Positions 1 through 9,398 of a stretch of DNA of 64,000 nt are shown in pieces. Source of the DNA: Minisyncoccota bacterium (GTDB taxonomy: Bacteria > Patescibacteriota > Minisyncoccia > Phycocordibacterales > UBA6065); the NCBI GenBank assembly GCA_041661645.1, contig JBAZUA010000003.1, positions 86,841 through 150,840 of the forward strand, given 5' to 3'. The notes beneath the pieces are model-generated. The model saw only the letters and a program-made list of their open reading frames with translations. It was not told the DNA's origin and searched no databases. The position numbers and the translations under genes were made by a program. Positions within the stretch are counted from its first letter, which is position 1. Each line of letters starts with the position of its first letter.

Positions 1-76
1 TTGATACACTTATGGAATCGGCCGAAGACATATGCCGAATTAATCCATAATGTTCGCCGATTAACAAACACATAAC

Positions 77-853
77 ATGCATATCATGGAAAATCCCCAG
101 ATTAAGAAGATTGCGGTCATATTGGGCATCGTGCTCGTCATCTTTGTCGCGGCAAAGACCATAAGCGAGCTCAAGTCCATGAGCTACATCGGAAAGAGCG
201 TGAATGCCGCCAACGTCATAACCGTCTCCGGCAAGGGAGAGGTGTTCGCCACCCCGGACATAGCGACTTTCTCCTTTAGCGTCACCCAGGAGGCCGCCAA
301 TGTGGGCGATGCCCAGGCAAACGCGACCGAGAAGACCAACAAGATTCTCGCCTCGATAAAGGCTGCCGGCGTCGAGGACAAGGACATAAAGACCTCCTCA
401 TACAATATTTACCCTCGATACGAGTATCTGAACGCCGGCCCATATAGCTCGGGCACCCAGCGTCTCGCCGCCTATGTCGTCTCCCAGAGCGTGCAGGTCA
501 AGGTCCGCAAGCTCGAGGATGCCGGCAAGATCCTCTCGGACATCGGAAGCCTCGGCGCAACTGACGTGTCGGGACTCTCGTTCTCGGTGGACAAGCAGGA
601 TGACTTCGCGCGCGACGCCCGAAACCTCGCCATAAAGGACGCCCGAGATCAGGCTGCCGTTTTGGCCCACGCCCTCGGCGTCGATCTCGGCAGCATCACG
701 ACCTTCTATGAGTCGTCACCATCCCAGCCATATCCGATGTATTACGCAAAGGACATGATGGCATCTTCGGTACGGGTTGAGGCGGCGCCAAGCCTTCCAG
801 CGGGGGAGAGCAAGATCACGTCGAACGTGACTATCACGTACGAGATCAAGTAG
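77..853 (+). CDS. SIMPL/DUF541 domain protein (26 kDa periplasmic antigen family)
   Basis: N-terminal TM segment; ITVSGKGEV..PDIA, DIKTSSYNIYPRY and LPAGESKITSNVTITYEIK motifs typical of SIMPL. Confidence 0.85.
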   Translation: MHIMENPQIKKIAVILGIVLVIFVAAKTISELKSMSYIGKSVNAANVITVSGKGEVFATPDIATFSFSVTQEAANVGDAQANATEKTNKILASIKAAGVEDKDIKTSSYNIYPRYEYLNAGPYSSGTQRLAAYVVSQSVQVKVRKLEDAGKILSDIGSLGATDVSGLSFSVDKQDDFARDARNLAIKDARDQAAVLAHALGVDLGSITTFYESSPSQPYPMYYAKDMMASSVRVEAAPSLPAGESKITSNVTITYEIK

Positions 854-859
854 TCGCTC

Positions 860-949
860 GTGTCTCTTTTGAAAGGCACGGATATTTTCTTGCTAGAAAA
901 TTCCTCGAGCTCGCGCCGTCGCGCTCGCTAGTCCTTTCAAAAGAGACAC
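860..949. repeat. Nested palindromic element A (REP/MITE-like)
   Basis: Perfect 17-bp inverted repeat GTGTCTCTTTTGAAAGG (860-876) / CCTTTCAAAAGAGACAC (933-949) enclosing inner hairpins; contains TCCTCG and GCTAGTCC motifs. Confidence 0.75.
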
Positions 950-1035
950 CCGCTCCTTATTGCGAAGACAGCCTTAACGGGCTGTCTTTGCTTTTACTGA
1001 TTGGTGGGTGTAGTATCGGCCGGAGAAAGTTCACC

Positions 1036-1278
1036 ATGAAAACATATAAAAAATACCACGTTCGCATGATTGGGTTTGTGTGCTCCGCATCCGTTGTCGG
1101 ATGGCTCATATCACTTGGAATGGTCTCGGCGTTTGGTCTTAAATTAACCCCATCGGGAGTCGCGCTCCTTTTTGTCCTTTTCGCAAGTCTGGCGCTTCTT
1201 ATGATTTGGTCTTTGCGGGTTCGTTTCAAGACCGATCCCAATTATGCGATGAGGGACTTCGGCATGGAGGAGCCGTGA
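1036..1278 (+). CDS. Small orphan membrane protein (two hydrophobic segments)
   Basis: ORF from ATG 1036 (MKTYKK); two TM-like stretches; followed by a hairpin and T-run at about 1292-1320. Confidence 0.55.
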   Translation: MKTYKKYHVRMIGFVCSASVVGWLISLGMVSAFGLKLTPSGVALLFVLFASLALLMIWSLRVRFKTDPNYAMRDFGMEEP

Positions 1279-1389
1279 ACTCCGACACTCAGGCCCTGTG
1301 AAAACAGGGTCTTTACTTTTCCTTTATCTTAGAGTATTATATCCCCAACAGCCCACCGGGGCGGTTTTTATTAACCAAAATTTCAACCT

Positions 1390-1575
1390 ATGAAACTCGT
1401 CGAATACATCAAAGAAACGAAAGGGGAAATGAAGCACGTCACCTGGCCGACCAGGAAGCAGGCAACCAATTACACGTTCCTCGTAATAGGCGTGTCCGTC
1501 GCCGTGGCCCTTCTCCTCGCCCTCGCCGACAAGATATTCGCCCTCGGTCTCGAGAAGCTCATATTCAACAAATAA
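1390..1575 (+). CDS. secE: Preprotein translocase subunit SecE
   Basis: EMKHVTWPT motif plus a single TM; lies directly upstream of nusG. Confidence 0.95.
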   Translation: MKLVEYIKETKGEMKHVTWPTRKQATNYTFLVIGVSVAVALLLALADKIFALGLEKLIFNK

Positions 1576-1577
1576 CC

Positions 1578-2123
1578 ATGTCTAAACAGCAAACAGGCGG
1601 AGAGCGCCACTGGTACGCGATTCACACCTATGCCGGATACGAGAATGCCGTCGCCCGAAACCTCAGGCAGCGCATCGACTCGCTCGGCATGCAGGACAGG
1701 ATATTCAACGTGCTCGTCCCGACCGAGACCAAGATAAAGGTGAAGGGAGGCAAGCGCATCGAGGAGGAGGAAAAGGTATATCCCGGATACATCCTCGTGG
1801 ACATGATCGTGACCGATGACTCGTGGTTCATGGTTCGAAACACCCCTCGCGTCACCGGCTTCGTCGGCTCCGGCGTCCACCCAGTGCCCCTCACCCAGAA
1901 GGAGATCGACCAGCTCCTCGGACGCATGGACTCTGCGACCGTCAAGCACGAGATAAACCTCGCCCAGGACGACATCGTCCGCATCGCGGACGGCCCGTTC
2001 AAGGACATGGAGGGTCGTGTCAGCGAAGTCGACGACAATCGCGGCAAGGTCAAGGTCCTCGTGGCCATGTTCGGCCGAGAGACCCCCGTCGAGCTCGATT
2101 TCTTGCAGGTTAAGAAGATTTAA
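1578..2123 (+). CDS. nusG: Transcription termination/antitermination factor NusG
   Basis: WYAIHTYAGYE, YPGYILVDM, VRNTPRVTGFVG, and KOW domain ending FGRETPVELDF. Confidence 0.98.
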   Translation: MSKQQTGGERHWYAIHTYAGYENAVARNLRQRIDSLGMQDRIFNVLVPTETKIKVKGGKRIEEEEKVYPGYILVDMIVTDDSWFMVRNTPRVTGFVGSGVHPVPLTQKEIDQLLGRMDSATVKHEINLAQDDIVRIADGPFKDMEGRVSEVDDNRGKVKVLVAMFGRETPVELDFLQVKKI

Positions 2124-2153
2124 GGTAGTCTACTCCTCACTAAACAAACCATT

Positions 2154-2576
2154 ATGGCAAAGAAAATTACAAAGATGCTCAAGCTTCAGATTCCAGGCGG
2201 CAAGGCCGTTCCAGGCCAGGCCCTGGGTCCAGCCCTCGGTTCCGCCGGCATCAACATCGGCGAGTTCGTCAAGCGCTTCAACGACGAGACCAAGGCCCGC
2301 ATCGGCGAGGTGGTTCCTACCATCATCGAGGTGTACGACGACCGAAGCTACAAGCTCATCTACAAGACCGAGCCCGCATCAAAGATGATCCTCAAGGTCC
2401 TCGGAAAGGAGAGCGGTTCCGGCAAGCCTAACACCGTGAAGGTGGGCACCATCACCAAGGCTCAGGTCAAGGTGATTGCCGAGAAGAAGCTTCCCGACCT
2501 CAACACCGACGATGTCGCCGCGGCCATGAGGATGGTCGAGGGCACCGCCCGAAACATGGGAGTCGACGTCAAGTAA
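2154..2576 (+). CDS. rplK: 50S ribosomal protein L11
   Basis: KLQIPGGKAVPG..LGPALG, GINIGEF, GTARNMG. Confidence 0.98.
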   Translation: MAKKITKMLKLQIPGGKAVPGQALGPALGSAGINIGEFVKRFNDETKARIGEVVPTIIEVYDDRSYKLIYKTEPASKMILKVLGKESGSGKPNTVKVGTITKAQVKVIAEKKLPDLNTDDVAAAMRMVEGTARNMGVDVK

Positions 2577-2592
2577 GTTCACATACGAAAAG

Positions 2593-2622
2593 AAAAAGTC
2601 GCCCTTATGGGCGACTTTTTTT
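2593..2622 (+). terminator. Intrinsic terminator after rplK
   Basis: AAAAAGTCGCCC-TTAT-GGGCGACTTTTTTT hairpin with T-tract. Confidence 0.85.
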
Positions 2623-2650
2623 ATGCGAAGGGAAGATATATACTTCTGGC

Positions 2651-3154
2651 ATGAGCGAAAACACATCATCGGCACACATCCGCCCTTCCTGGGACGAGTA
2701 CTTCATGAAGATTTGTGGGGTCGTGGGAGAGAGGGGGACCTGCGATAGGGGCAGGGCAAGCTGTGTCATTGTGAAAGACAAGCGTATCCTGGTCACGGGC
2801 TATGCTGGCGCACCCGCTGGCGTGAGGCATTGCGATGAGGTTGGCCATGAGATTCACACGGTTATTCAGGAGGATGGAACCCAGTCAAAGCACTGCATAC
2901 GGACCAGCCATGCCGAACAGAACGCCATAGCCAATGCGGCCCGAAACGGGGTGGCGGTTTTCGAGGGCACCGTGTATTGCAATATGACCCCCTGCTATAC
3001 CTGCGCCAAGATACTCATCAATGCGGGCATAAGGAGGGTCGTTGCCAACAAGGACTATCATGCCGCCAAAAGGAGCAAGGAGGTGTTTGCCGAGGCGGGC
3101 GTGGAACTCGTCATACTCCACAACGAGGTCGAGACCTATTCGAATATGAAATAA
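2651..3154 (+). CDS. dCMP deaminase (ComEB/cytidine-deoxycytidylate deaminase family)
   Basis: RPSWDEYFM, HAEQNAI and PCYTC zinc-binding motifs. Confidence 0.92.
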   Translation: MSENTSSAHIRPSWDEYFMKICGVVGERGTCDRGRASCVIVKDKRILVTGYAGAPAGVRHCDEVGHEIHTVIQEDGTQSKHCIRTSHAEQNAIANAARNGVAVFEGTVYCNMTPCYTCAKILINAGIRRVVANKDYHAAKRSKEVFAEAGVELVILHNEVETYSNMK

Positions 3155-3170
3155 AGGCCCAACAGGGGCA

Positions 3171-3203
3171 CGAAAAACACCTCATTTATTGAGGTGTTTT
3201 TCG
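3171..3203. terminator. Bidirectional terminator between the convergent dCMP deaminase and thyX genes
   Basis: CGAAAAACACCTCA-TTTAT-TGAGGTGTTTTTCG. Confidence 0.8.
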
Positions 3204-3224
3204 CGCCCTAGTGTAGGCCTGCTT

Positions 3225-4517
3225 TTAATCCTTTCTCACGATATCCTGCGCGCCACGCTTGATGTTCCAGGTTCCCGGCGACATGTCATGGTGCATGGCG
3301 AGACCGGGGACAGCGGCCTTGAGGGCCTCTCCCATCCTTTGGGCCTGCAGACGAAGGGTTGGATGTACGGTATCCGAAGATCTAAGCTCTGCTGTATAGA
3401 CGGCTGCGGGGAGAGGACATGTCATCTTTACGACAACTGTGTATCCCATTGCTACATAATATTGTTTGACCTCATCGCCTGCGTCGAGGGCGTCGATCTT
3501 CTGGGCCTGTGCGGCGATGAGGGCCAATGCCTCGGCCTTGAGCGCCTCGGGAAGCTGCTCGAGATACCAGTCATAGAAGCCATGTTTGGTCGAGAGGAGC
3601 GGCATCTCCTGCACGCAGCTGCGATGCCGCTGAAGGTCGCGATATGATCCGAAGTCGAGGGGAAAAGAGAAAATGATGTTTCCGTACTGGCGAATGCGCT
3701 GATGGAGTTCGGCCTTTGCTGGGCGGTCGGAAAGGAGCTTGGCGTGTCGGGCGAGACCGTCGAGGTCGAGCTTTGACTGATACGAGAATCCCGTGATCGA
3801 GGCATCGTCGAAGAAGGCGAACTCCCTCATGCTCTCGGCGATGTACGCCTCCTCGCCCGGATACTCTTTGTGAGAGAAGCTCGATGGGTACTTCCTCTTC
3901 AGTTCATCGTGAATCATGGACGCAACCTCGCGCACCTCGGCGAGGGGATGGTTTCGCATCTCCTTGATATGGTCATATGCCTGGCGAAGATTGGTGTGCC
4001 ATGCCGCGTAGGTCGTGACGCCGGCGGGGAGGAAGCCTCGGGCTATGTCGAAGGCGCGGGCCTTGATGGCCTTCTCGTACATCGTGTCCTTCTCGCCCTC
4101 CTTCATGGGGAAGCGCTCCTTGAGCACGGGCATGAGGGCCTCGAGGATGTGCCTGTAGAATGCCATCCATCCGTCCTGTATCGCCTTGCCCTCGACGCTG
4201 CCCAGGGGATTGAGCACTTCCTGTGCCGCCATGTCGAGGTAGCGGGTGCTTGCCTCCTGTCCGCTGTAAAGCGGCCAGTCCTGCACGGCCTTTGCGACGA
4301 GCATGCTGACGTTCTCGATGAATATGCTGGCCGTTCCGCAGTCTCCGATGGACTTGTGCCCGTAGCCGACATAATAGCTCGCCATGAACTTCTCGGCGCC
4401 GCCTTCCTTCACCTTGGTCAGGTGCTCTTTGACGCTGCGCGGGCTGCGCGAGTACAGGGCCTGGAGCATGGCTACCACCTCGGGGGACAGGTCATCGACG
4501 ATTATGATTTCTTTCAT
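3225..4517 (-). CDS. thyX: FAD-dependent thymidylate synthase, long two-domain ThyX type
   Basis: GYGHKSIGD, QEASTRY, FDIARGFLP and RDLQRHRS motifs; sits among thymidylate genes. Confidence 0.85.
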   Translation of the reverse strand: MKEIIIVDDLSPEVVAMLQALYSRSPRSVKEHLTKVKEGGAEKFMASYYVGYGHKSIGDCGTASIFIENVSMLVAKAVQDWPLYSGQEASTRYLDMAAQEVLNPLGSVEGKAIQDGWMAFYRHILEALMPVLKERFPMKEGEKDTMYEKAIKARAFDIARGFLPAGVTTYAAWHTNLRQAYDHIKEMRNHPLAEVREVASMIHDELKRKYPSSFSHKEYPGEEAYIAESMREFAFFDDASITGFSYQSKLDLDGLARHAKLLSDRPAKAELHQRIRQYGNIIFSFPLDFGSYRDLQRHRSCVQEMPLLSTKHGFYDWYLEQLPEALKAEALALIAAQAQKIDALDAGDEVKQYYVAMGYTVVVKMTCPLPAAVYTAELRSSDTVHPTLRLQAQRMGEALKAAVPGLAMHHDMSPGTWNIKRGAQDIVRKD

Positions 4518-4565
4518 GGGCCTATTGTAGCGGTTTTGGGTCCGGGAAAGAAGTGCAGAACTCTG

Positions 4566-4594
4566 TTGACCGATGGCGTTTTAAGGCGTATAAA
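4566..4594 (+). promoter_or_regulatory. sigma70-type promoter for orphan ORF 4620
   Basis: TTGACC-17 bp-TATAAA. Confidence 0.65.
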
Positions 4595-4619
4595 AAGCAA
4601 CAGAACACCTTACATAACC

Positions 4620-5147
4620 ATGAATACAATCGTAAGATCAAGACCGCTCGTGATCCCGGCTCCCTTTGAGCCCGTCGATAGTCTGCTTGGTTGCATCGGC
4701 AACATTCATTGTCGTCGGCCGTCAGAGAAGATTGTCCCGAAATCCTCCTGTGTGCTCGACATTCACTTTGTCCCCATCGGCAGGATCTGTCGGGACGCCA
4801 CCGATCTCCATCAGGGAATGCTCGACGCGCTTATCACCCACAGGCTCAAGCCGGTGTCACTGTATCAGGCCCTGTGCTTCAACAAGGATAATCAGCCCTT
4901 TCAAAGGCATCAGCCGTTCGTTGCCGCAGGGCACGCCTTCGGATCCGCCGAGCGTGATCGCTTCCAGGGTCCGTATGACGAGAGGGTCAGTCTCGAGCTC
5001 TCGAATCTCCGTCAGTTCGCGAGCGGGGGCACGTCACCGTATCTCATCATGCTGGCGACGAACCCTACTTCGGTTGACCAAGGTTGTTTTGAGGGAGAGG
5101 TCCTGAATCAGGCTCTCAAGTCCCTCATGCCGCCATTTTCTTGGTAG
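4620..5147 (+). CDS. Hypothetical orphan protein
   Basis: 3' part of track ORF 3870..5147 from ATG 4620 (MNTIVR); own promoter upstream and hairpin/T-tract at about 5157-5187. Confidence 0.55.
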   Translation: MNTIVRSRPLVIPAPFEPVDSLLGCIGNIHCRRPSEKIVPKSSCVLDIHFVPIGRICRDATDLHQGMLDALITHRLKPVSLYQALCFNKDNQPFQRHQPFVAAGHAFGSAERDRFQGPYDERVSLELSNLRQFASGGTSPYLIMLATNPTSVDQGCFEGEVLNQALKSLMPPFSW

Positions 5148-5241
5148 GTTTCATAGAGCGGCCACCCTTCCGGTGACCGCTTTTTTTATTCGTTTTCCGC
5201 ATGATAGTATTGAGGCACTTATAAGCGTCACCATCATCCCC

Positions 5242-6411
5242 ATGAAAGACACCCAGATCAAGAAGCTCATACAGGCAGAGAAGTCTCGCCAGAAGTCGGC
5301 CACGAACCTCATCGCCTCCGAGAACTACGTCTCAAAGGACGTCCTCGAGGCCCTCGGTTCCGAGCTCACCAACAAGTACGCCGAGGGTTATCCCGGCAAG
5401 CGATACTACGGGGGGAATGTCATCATCGACAAGGTGGAGAATCTGGCCATCGAGCGCGCCCTCAAATTATATGGTCTCGATGCTGCCGAGTGGCATGTGA
5501 ACACGCAGGCGCTTTCGGGATCCCCGGCGAACCTTGCCGTCTATGTCGGCCTCCTCGAGAAGGGGGACAAGGTCATGGGCATGTCTCTCGATCATGGCGG
5601 ACACCTCACTCACGGTCACAAGGTCTCGGCCACCGGAAAATTCTGGACGCAGGTGCCGTACGGCGTCTCGAAGGACATTGAGGTGCTTGATTACGAAAAC
5701 CTGAAGGAGATCGCGTTGCGCGAGAAGCCAAAGATGATCATCGCCGGCTTCACCGCATACCCTCGCGTCATCGACTGGAAGAAGTTTCGCGAGATCACCG
5801 ATGCCTGCGGGGCGTATCTCATGGTGGACATGTCGCATGTCGCCGGTCTCGTCGCGGGCAATGCGTACCCAAGCCCTTTTCCATACGCCGACATCGTCAC
5901 GACCACGACGCACAAGACCTTGCGAGGGCCCCGAGGTGCCCTCATCTTTGCAAAGAAGGATGTTCGCGACCTCGGCAAGAAGATAGACAAGGCGGTGTTC
6001 CCCGGCCTTCAGGGCGGTCCGCACATGAATCAGACGGCTGCCATCGCTGTCGCCCTCAGGGAGGCTGCGACTCCGGCCTTCAGGAAGTACGCGACGCAGG
6101 TTAAGAAGAATGCCTCGGCCCTTGCCGGCGAACTGACCAGGCTCGGCTGGAGGGTCATATCGGGGGGCACCGACAGCCATCTCATCCTCGTCGACGTGTC
6201 AGGTGCCAACATCGGCGGCGCCGAGGCGAGCGACAGGCTCGAGAGGGCAGGCATCATCGTCAACAAGAATGCGATACCTTTCGACACTCGACCGCCCGTT
6301 GACCCTTCGGGAATCAGGCTCGGCACGGCGGGGGAGACGACCAAGGGAAGGAAGGAGAAGGACATGGTCGCCCTCGCGAGAAAGATAGACCTCATTTTAC
6401 GCAGGAAATAA
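5242..6411 (+). CDS. glyA: Serine hydroxymethyltransferase
   Basis: LIASEN, NKYAEGYPGKRYYGG, GGHLTHG, TTTTHKTLRGPRG. Confidence 0.98.
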   Translation: MKDTQIKKLIQAEKSRQKSATNLIASENYVSKDVLEALGSELTNKYAEGYPGKRYYGGNVIIDKVENLAIERALKLYGLDAAEWHVNTQALSGSPANLAVYVGLLEKGDKVMGMSLDHGGHLTHGHKVSATGKFWTQVPYGVSKDIEVLDYENLKEIALREKPKMIIAGFTAYPRVIDWKKFREITDACGAYLMVDMSHVAGLVAGNAYPSPFPYADIVTTTTHKTLRGPRGALIFAKKDVRDLGKKIDKAVFPGLQGGPHMNQTAAIAVALREAATPAFRKYATQVKKNASALAGELTRLGWRVISGGTDSHLILVDVSGANIGGAEASDRLERAGIIVNKNAIPFDTRPPVDPSGIRLGTAGETTKGRKEKDMVALARKIDLILRRK

Positions 6412-6444
6412 TCTCTGCTATCCTGCCCTCAAACAATTGATCTT

Positions 6445-7137
6445 ATGAAAACAGAAACACAAGGCAAAGGCAGGTTGATAGTGATCGATGGAACGGACGG
6501 CTCGGGCAAGGCGACGCAGACGAAGCTCCTCGTCCAAAAGATGCAGTCTCTGGGGCGAAAGGTCGCCACCATGGACTTTCCTCGGTATGCCGACAATTTC
6601 TACGGGAAGCTCATTCGAGAGTGTCTCGACGGCAAGCACGGCGATTTCATCGGCATGGATCCGTATGTTGCATCGACGCTCTATGCGAATGACAGGCTCG
6701 AGTCCAAGCCCGTCATCATGGCACATCTCGACGCGGGCGGCGACTGGGCCTTTGATCGTTACGTGAGCGCGAATAGCATCCATCAGGGAGGGAAGATCAG
6801 GGATGAAGGGGAACGAAGAAAGTATTTCTCCTGGTCCGAGTATCTCGAATATGTCAGGAACGGGCTCCCTCGTCCCGACATAACGGTGTATCTGAACCTG
6901 GATGTCTCGGTCAGCATGAGGTTGGCCCGAGAACGCGCGATTTCCAAGGGCCAGTCTCCCGATCAGTCGGAGGGAGACGCCAAACATCAGCACGAGGCGA
7001 GGGAAAGCGCGGTCTCCATCATCCGTCAGTCCAGCAATTGGGTTTTGGTCGATTGCAACGACGGGACGGGAGGAATCCTCTCTGTCGAGGCGATTCACCA
7101 AAAGGTCTGGGACGCAGTCAGGCATCTCTTTGCATAA
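6445..7137 (+). CDS. tmk: Thymidylate kinase
   Basis: LIVIDGTDGSGKATQ P-loop, FPRY, DRYV, PDITVYL. Confidence 0.92.
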   Translation: MKTETQGKGRLIVIDGTDGSGKATQTKLLVQKMQSLGRKVATMDFPRYADNFYGKLIRECLDGKHGDFIGMDPYVASTLYANDRLESKPVIMAHLDAGGDWAFDRYVSANSIHQGGKIRDEGERRKYFSWSEYLEYVRNGLPRPDITVYLNLDVSVSMRLARERAISKGQSPDQSEGDAKHQHEARESAVSIIRQSSNWVLVDCNDGTGGILSVEAIHQKVWDAVRHLFA

Positions 7138-7141
7138 ACGA

Positions 7142-7172
7142 AGGCCCGCGCAGCGATGCGCGGGCTTTTTTC
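7142..7172 (+). terminator. Intrinsic terminator after tmk
   Basis: AGGCCCGCGCA-GCGA-TGCGCGGGCTTTTTT. Confidence 0.8.
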
Positions 7173-7195
7173 CTGTTTTTTGCTATATTTTACGT

Positions 7196-7630
7196 ATGAG
7201 AAAGACTCTCAAGATAGTCAGGGTGAGGGGCAATGTTCCCATGCCGAAGTATGCCCTCGCTGGCGATGCGGGTTTTGACCTCTATGTGAGTGAGCGCATA
7301 ACTCTCGCGTCCATGGAACGAACCTCGGTTAATACGGGTTACAAGATGGAGATCCCTGATGATCACGTCGGTATGATTCAGGAGAAAAGCGGTTTGGCCC
7401 ACAAACACGGCATCATCACCTTCGGTAACGTCATTGACGCGGGATACCGGGGTGAGGTCCGGGTTGGCGTCATGAATCTTGGCGCCGAATCATACACCTT
7501 CGAGCCCGGACACAAGATTGCCCAGATGATTGTCCATAAATACGAGACAATGAGATTCAAGGAGGTGAAGGATGGTGACCTCTCGACGTCGGACAGGGGA
7601 GAGCGAGGCTTCGGTAGCACGGGCAAATAA
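7196..7630 (+). CDS. dut: dUTP diphosphatase
   Basis: AGFDL, KSGLA, VIDAGYRGE, RGERGFGSTG motifs. Confidence 0.96.
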   Translation: MRKTLKIVRVRGNVPMPKYALAGDAGFDLYVSERITLASMERTSVNTGYKMEIPDDHVGMIQEKSGLAHKHGIITFGNVIDAGYRGEVRVGVMNLGAESYTFEPGHKIAQMIVHKYETMRFKEVKDGDLSTSDRGERGFGSTGK

Positions 7631-7634
7631 ACAT

Positions 7635-9350
7635 ATGGTCATCCAAGACTTAAAATTACTCATACAGAAGGCTCTCAAGAATCTTTCGCTCGAAGCGGGA
7701 GATTTTACGATAGAGCATCCCGCCGACATGTCGCGCGGCGACTTTGCGACGAGCGTTGCACTCTCTCTGGCTAAACAGGCCAAGGTGAACCCTCGTGAGC
7801 TTGCCGATAGGATAGCGACGGAACTCAACCTCGCAAAGCCCTCGTACATCGAAAAAATGGAAGTCGCGGGCGCAGGGTTCATCAATATAACGCTTTCCAG
7901 GACTTTCTTTGCCCACGAGATGGAGGTCATTCTCAAGCGTGGCAAGCTCTATGGCTCGTCGAACGAGTGGAGGGGCACCAAGGCGCTCGTCGAATACACC
8001 GATCCGAACCCTCTCAAGGTGTTCCACATTGGTCACCTCATGTCGAACGCCATCGGAGAATCGATCGCGCGTCTTATCGCCTCGCAGGGCGCCAAGGTCC
8101 GCCGCATGTGCTATCAGGGAGACGTGGGCCTCCACATAGCCAAGACCCTGTGGGGGATCATGAGGCGAGAGGGGGAATTCCCGTCGCGTCGCGTGCCCAT
8201 CGCCGATCGAGTCGCCTTCCTCGGGGCCTGCTATGTTCAGGGGTCGAACGCATACGAGGATAGTCCCGAGGCAAAGACCGAGATAGAGGCCATAAACAAG
8301 AAGATATACGAGGGCTCCGACAGGAAGCTCATGAAGTACTATAAGCTCGGACGCACGTGGAGCCTCGACCATCTCGAGGGGATATACAAGAAGCTTGGAA
8401 CCAGGTTTGACTATTATGTGCTTGAGAGCGAGATCATGCACGACGGCGTCGCCATCGTGAACGAGTATCTCGAGAAGGGGATATTCGAGAAGAGCGACGG
8501 CGCTGTCGTCTTCAGGGGCGAGGCCCATGACCCGAAGCTCCACACCCGCGTCTTCATTAATTCTCAGGGACTGCCGACATATGAGGCAAAGGAACTCGGC
8601 CTTAATACTCGCAAGTGGAAGAGGGTCCGTCCCGACCGCTCGATCATAATCACGGCGAACGAGCAGTCGGACTATTTTCGCGTGGTGCTCAAGGCCTTCG
8701 AGCTTATCCTGCCCGAGGCACGCAAGGTGACCGAACATGTCTCTCATGGCATGATGCGCTTTGCCGACGGAAAGATGGGTTCCCGAAAGGGTAATATCAT
8801 CACCGGGGAATCCATGATCGAGGACGTCGAGAAGATGGTCTTCGAGAAGCTCGTCGGTCGCGACATGCCAGAGAAGGACAAGGCGGGCGTCGCCGAGATC
8901 GTCGCCGTGTCGGCAATCAAATATTCCATACTCAAGCAGACAACGTCGAGCGACATCATCTATGATTTCGACAAGTCCATATCGTTCGAGGGTGATTCGG
9001 GCCCGTACCTTTTGTATACCGCGGTCCGTGCCGGTGCGATTCTGGCAAAGGCAGATAAAGAAAAGATAAAAGGGAAGATAGCCCCTGACGCCGAGCCCGA
9101 TGCGATTTCAAGGACGCTTGCCCGCTTCCCGGAAGTCGTGTCTCGCGCCGCGAACGAGAAGGCTCCCCATTATGTCGCCACCTATCTGACCGAGCTCTCG
9201 TCACTTTTCAACTCGTGGTATGCGAATACGACCATTGTGAGCAAAGACGATCCTCTGTCCCCACACAGGGTTGCTTTGACCAGGGCTGTGCGCATCGTCC
9301 TCGTGAACGGGCTTGATCTGCTGGGCATCAAGGCACCTGAGAGGATGTAG
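7635..9350 (+). CDS. argS: Arginine--tRNA ligase
   Basis: EYTDPNPLKVFHIGH, KMGSRKGN, GDSGPYLLY, C-terminal LLGIKAPERM. Confidence 0.97.
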   Translation: MVIQDLKLLIQKALKNLSLEAGDFTIEHPADMSRGDFATSVALSLAKQAKVNPRELADRIATELNLAKPSYIEKMEVAGAGFINITLSRTFFAHEMEVILKRGKLYGSSNEWRGTKALVEYTDPNPLKVFHIGHLMSNAIGESIARLIASQGAKVRRMCYQGDVGLHIAKTLWGIMRREGEFPSRRVPIADRVAFLGACYVQGSNAYEDSPEAKTEIEAINKKIYEGSDRKLMKYYKLGRTWSLDHLEGIYKKLGTRFDYYVLESEIMHDGVAIVNEYLEKGIFEKSDGAVVFRGEAHDPKLHTRVFINSQGLPTYEAKELGLNTRKWKRVRPDRSIIITANEQSDYFRVVLKAFELILPEARKVTEHVSHGMMRFADGKMGSRKGNIITGESMIEDVEKMVFEKLVGRDMPEKDKAGVAEIVAVSAIKYSILKQTTSSDIIYDFDKSISFEGDSGPYLLYTAVRAGAILAKADKEKIKGKIAPDAEPDAISRTLARFPEVVSRAANEKAPHYVATYLTELSSLFNSWYANTTIVSKDDPLSPHRVALTRAVRIVLVNGLDLLGIKAPERM

Positions 9351-9398
9351 GTGGGGTGCCCTTGCCTTTATCTTATTTTCATGGGAATCTGACAATAG

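Noticed and set aside
3870-4619. 5' half of the 425-aa plus-strand ORF
   Set aside because: Antisense to thyX; a promoter and ATG at 4566-4620 define a better start
7656-8747. Long antisense ORFs opposite argS, ileS, secD, the 54591 gene and others
   Set aside because: Expected from GC3-rich codon usage that depletes antisense stops; no protein motifs
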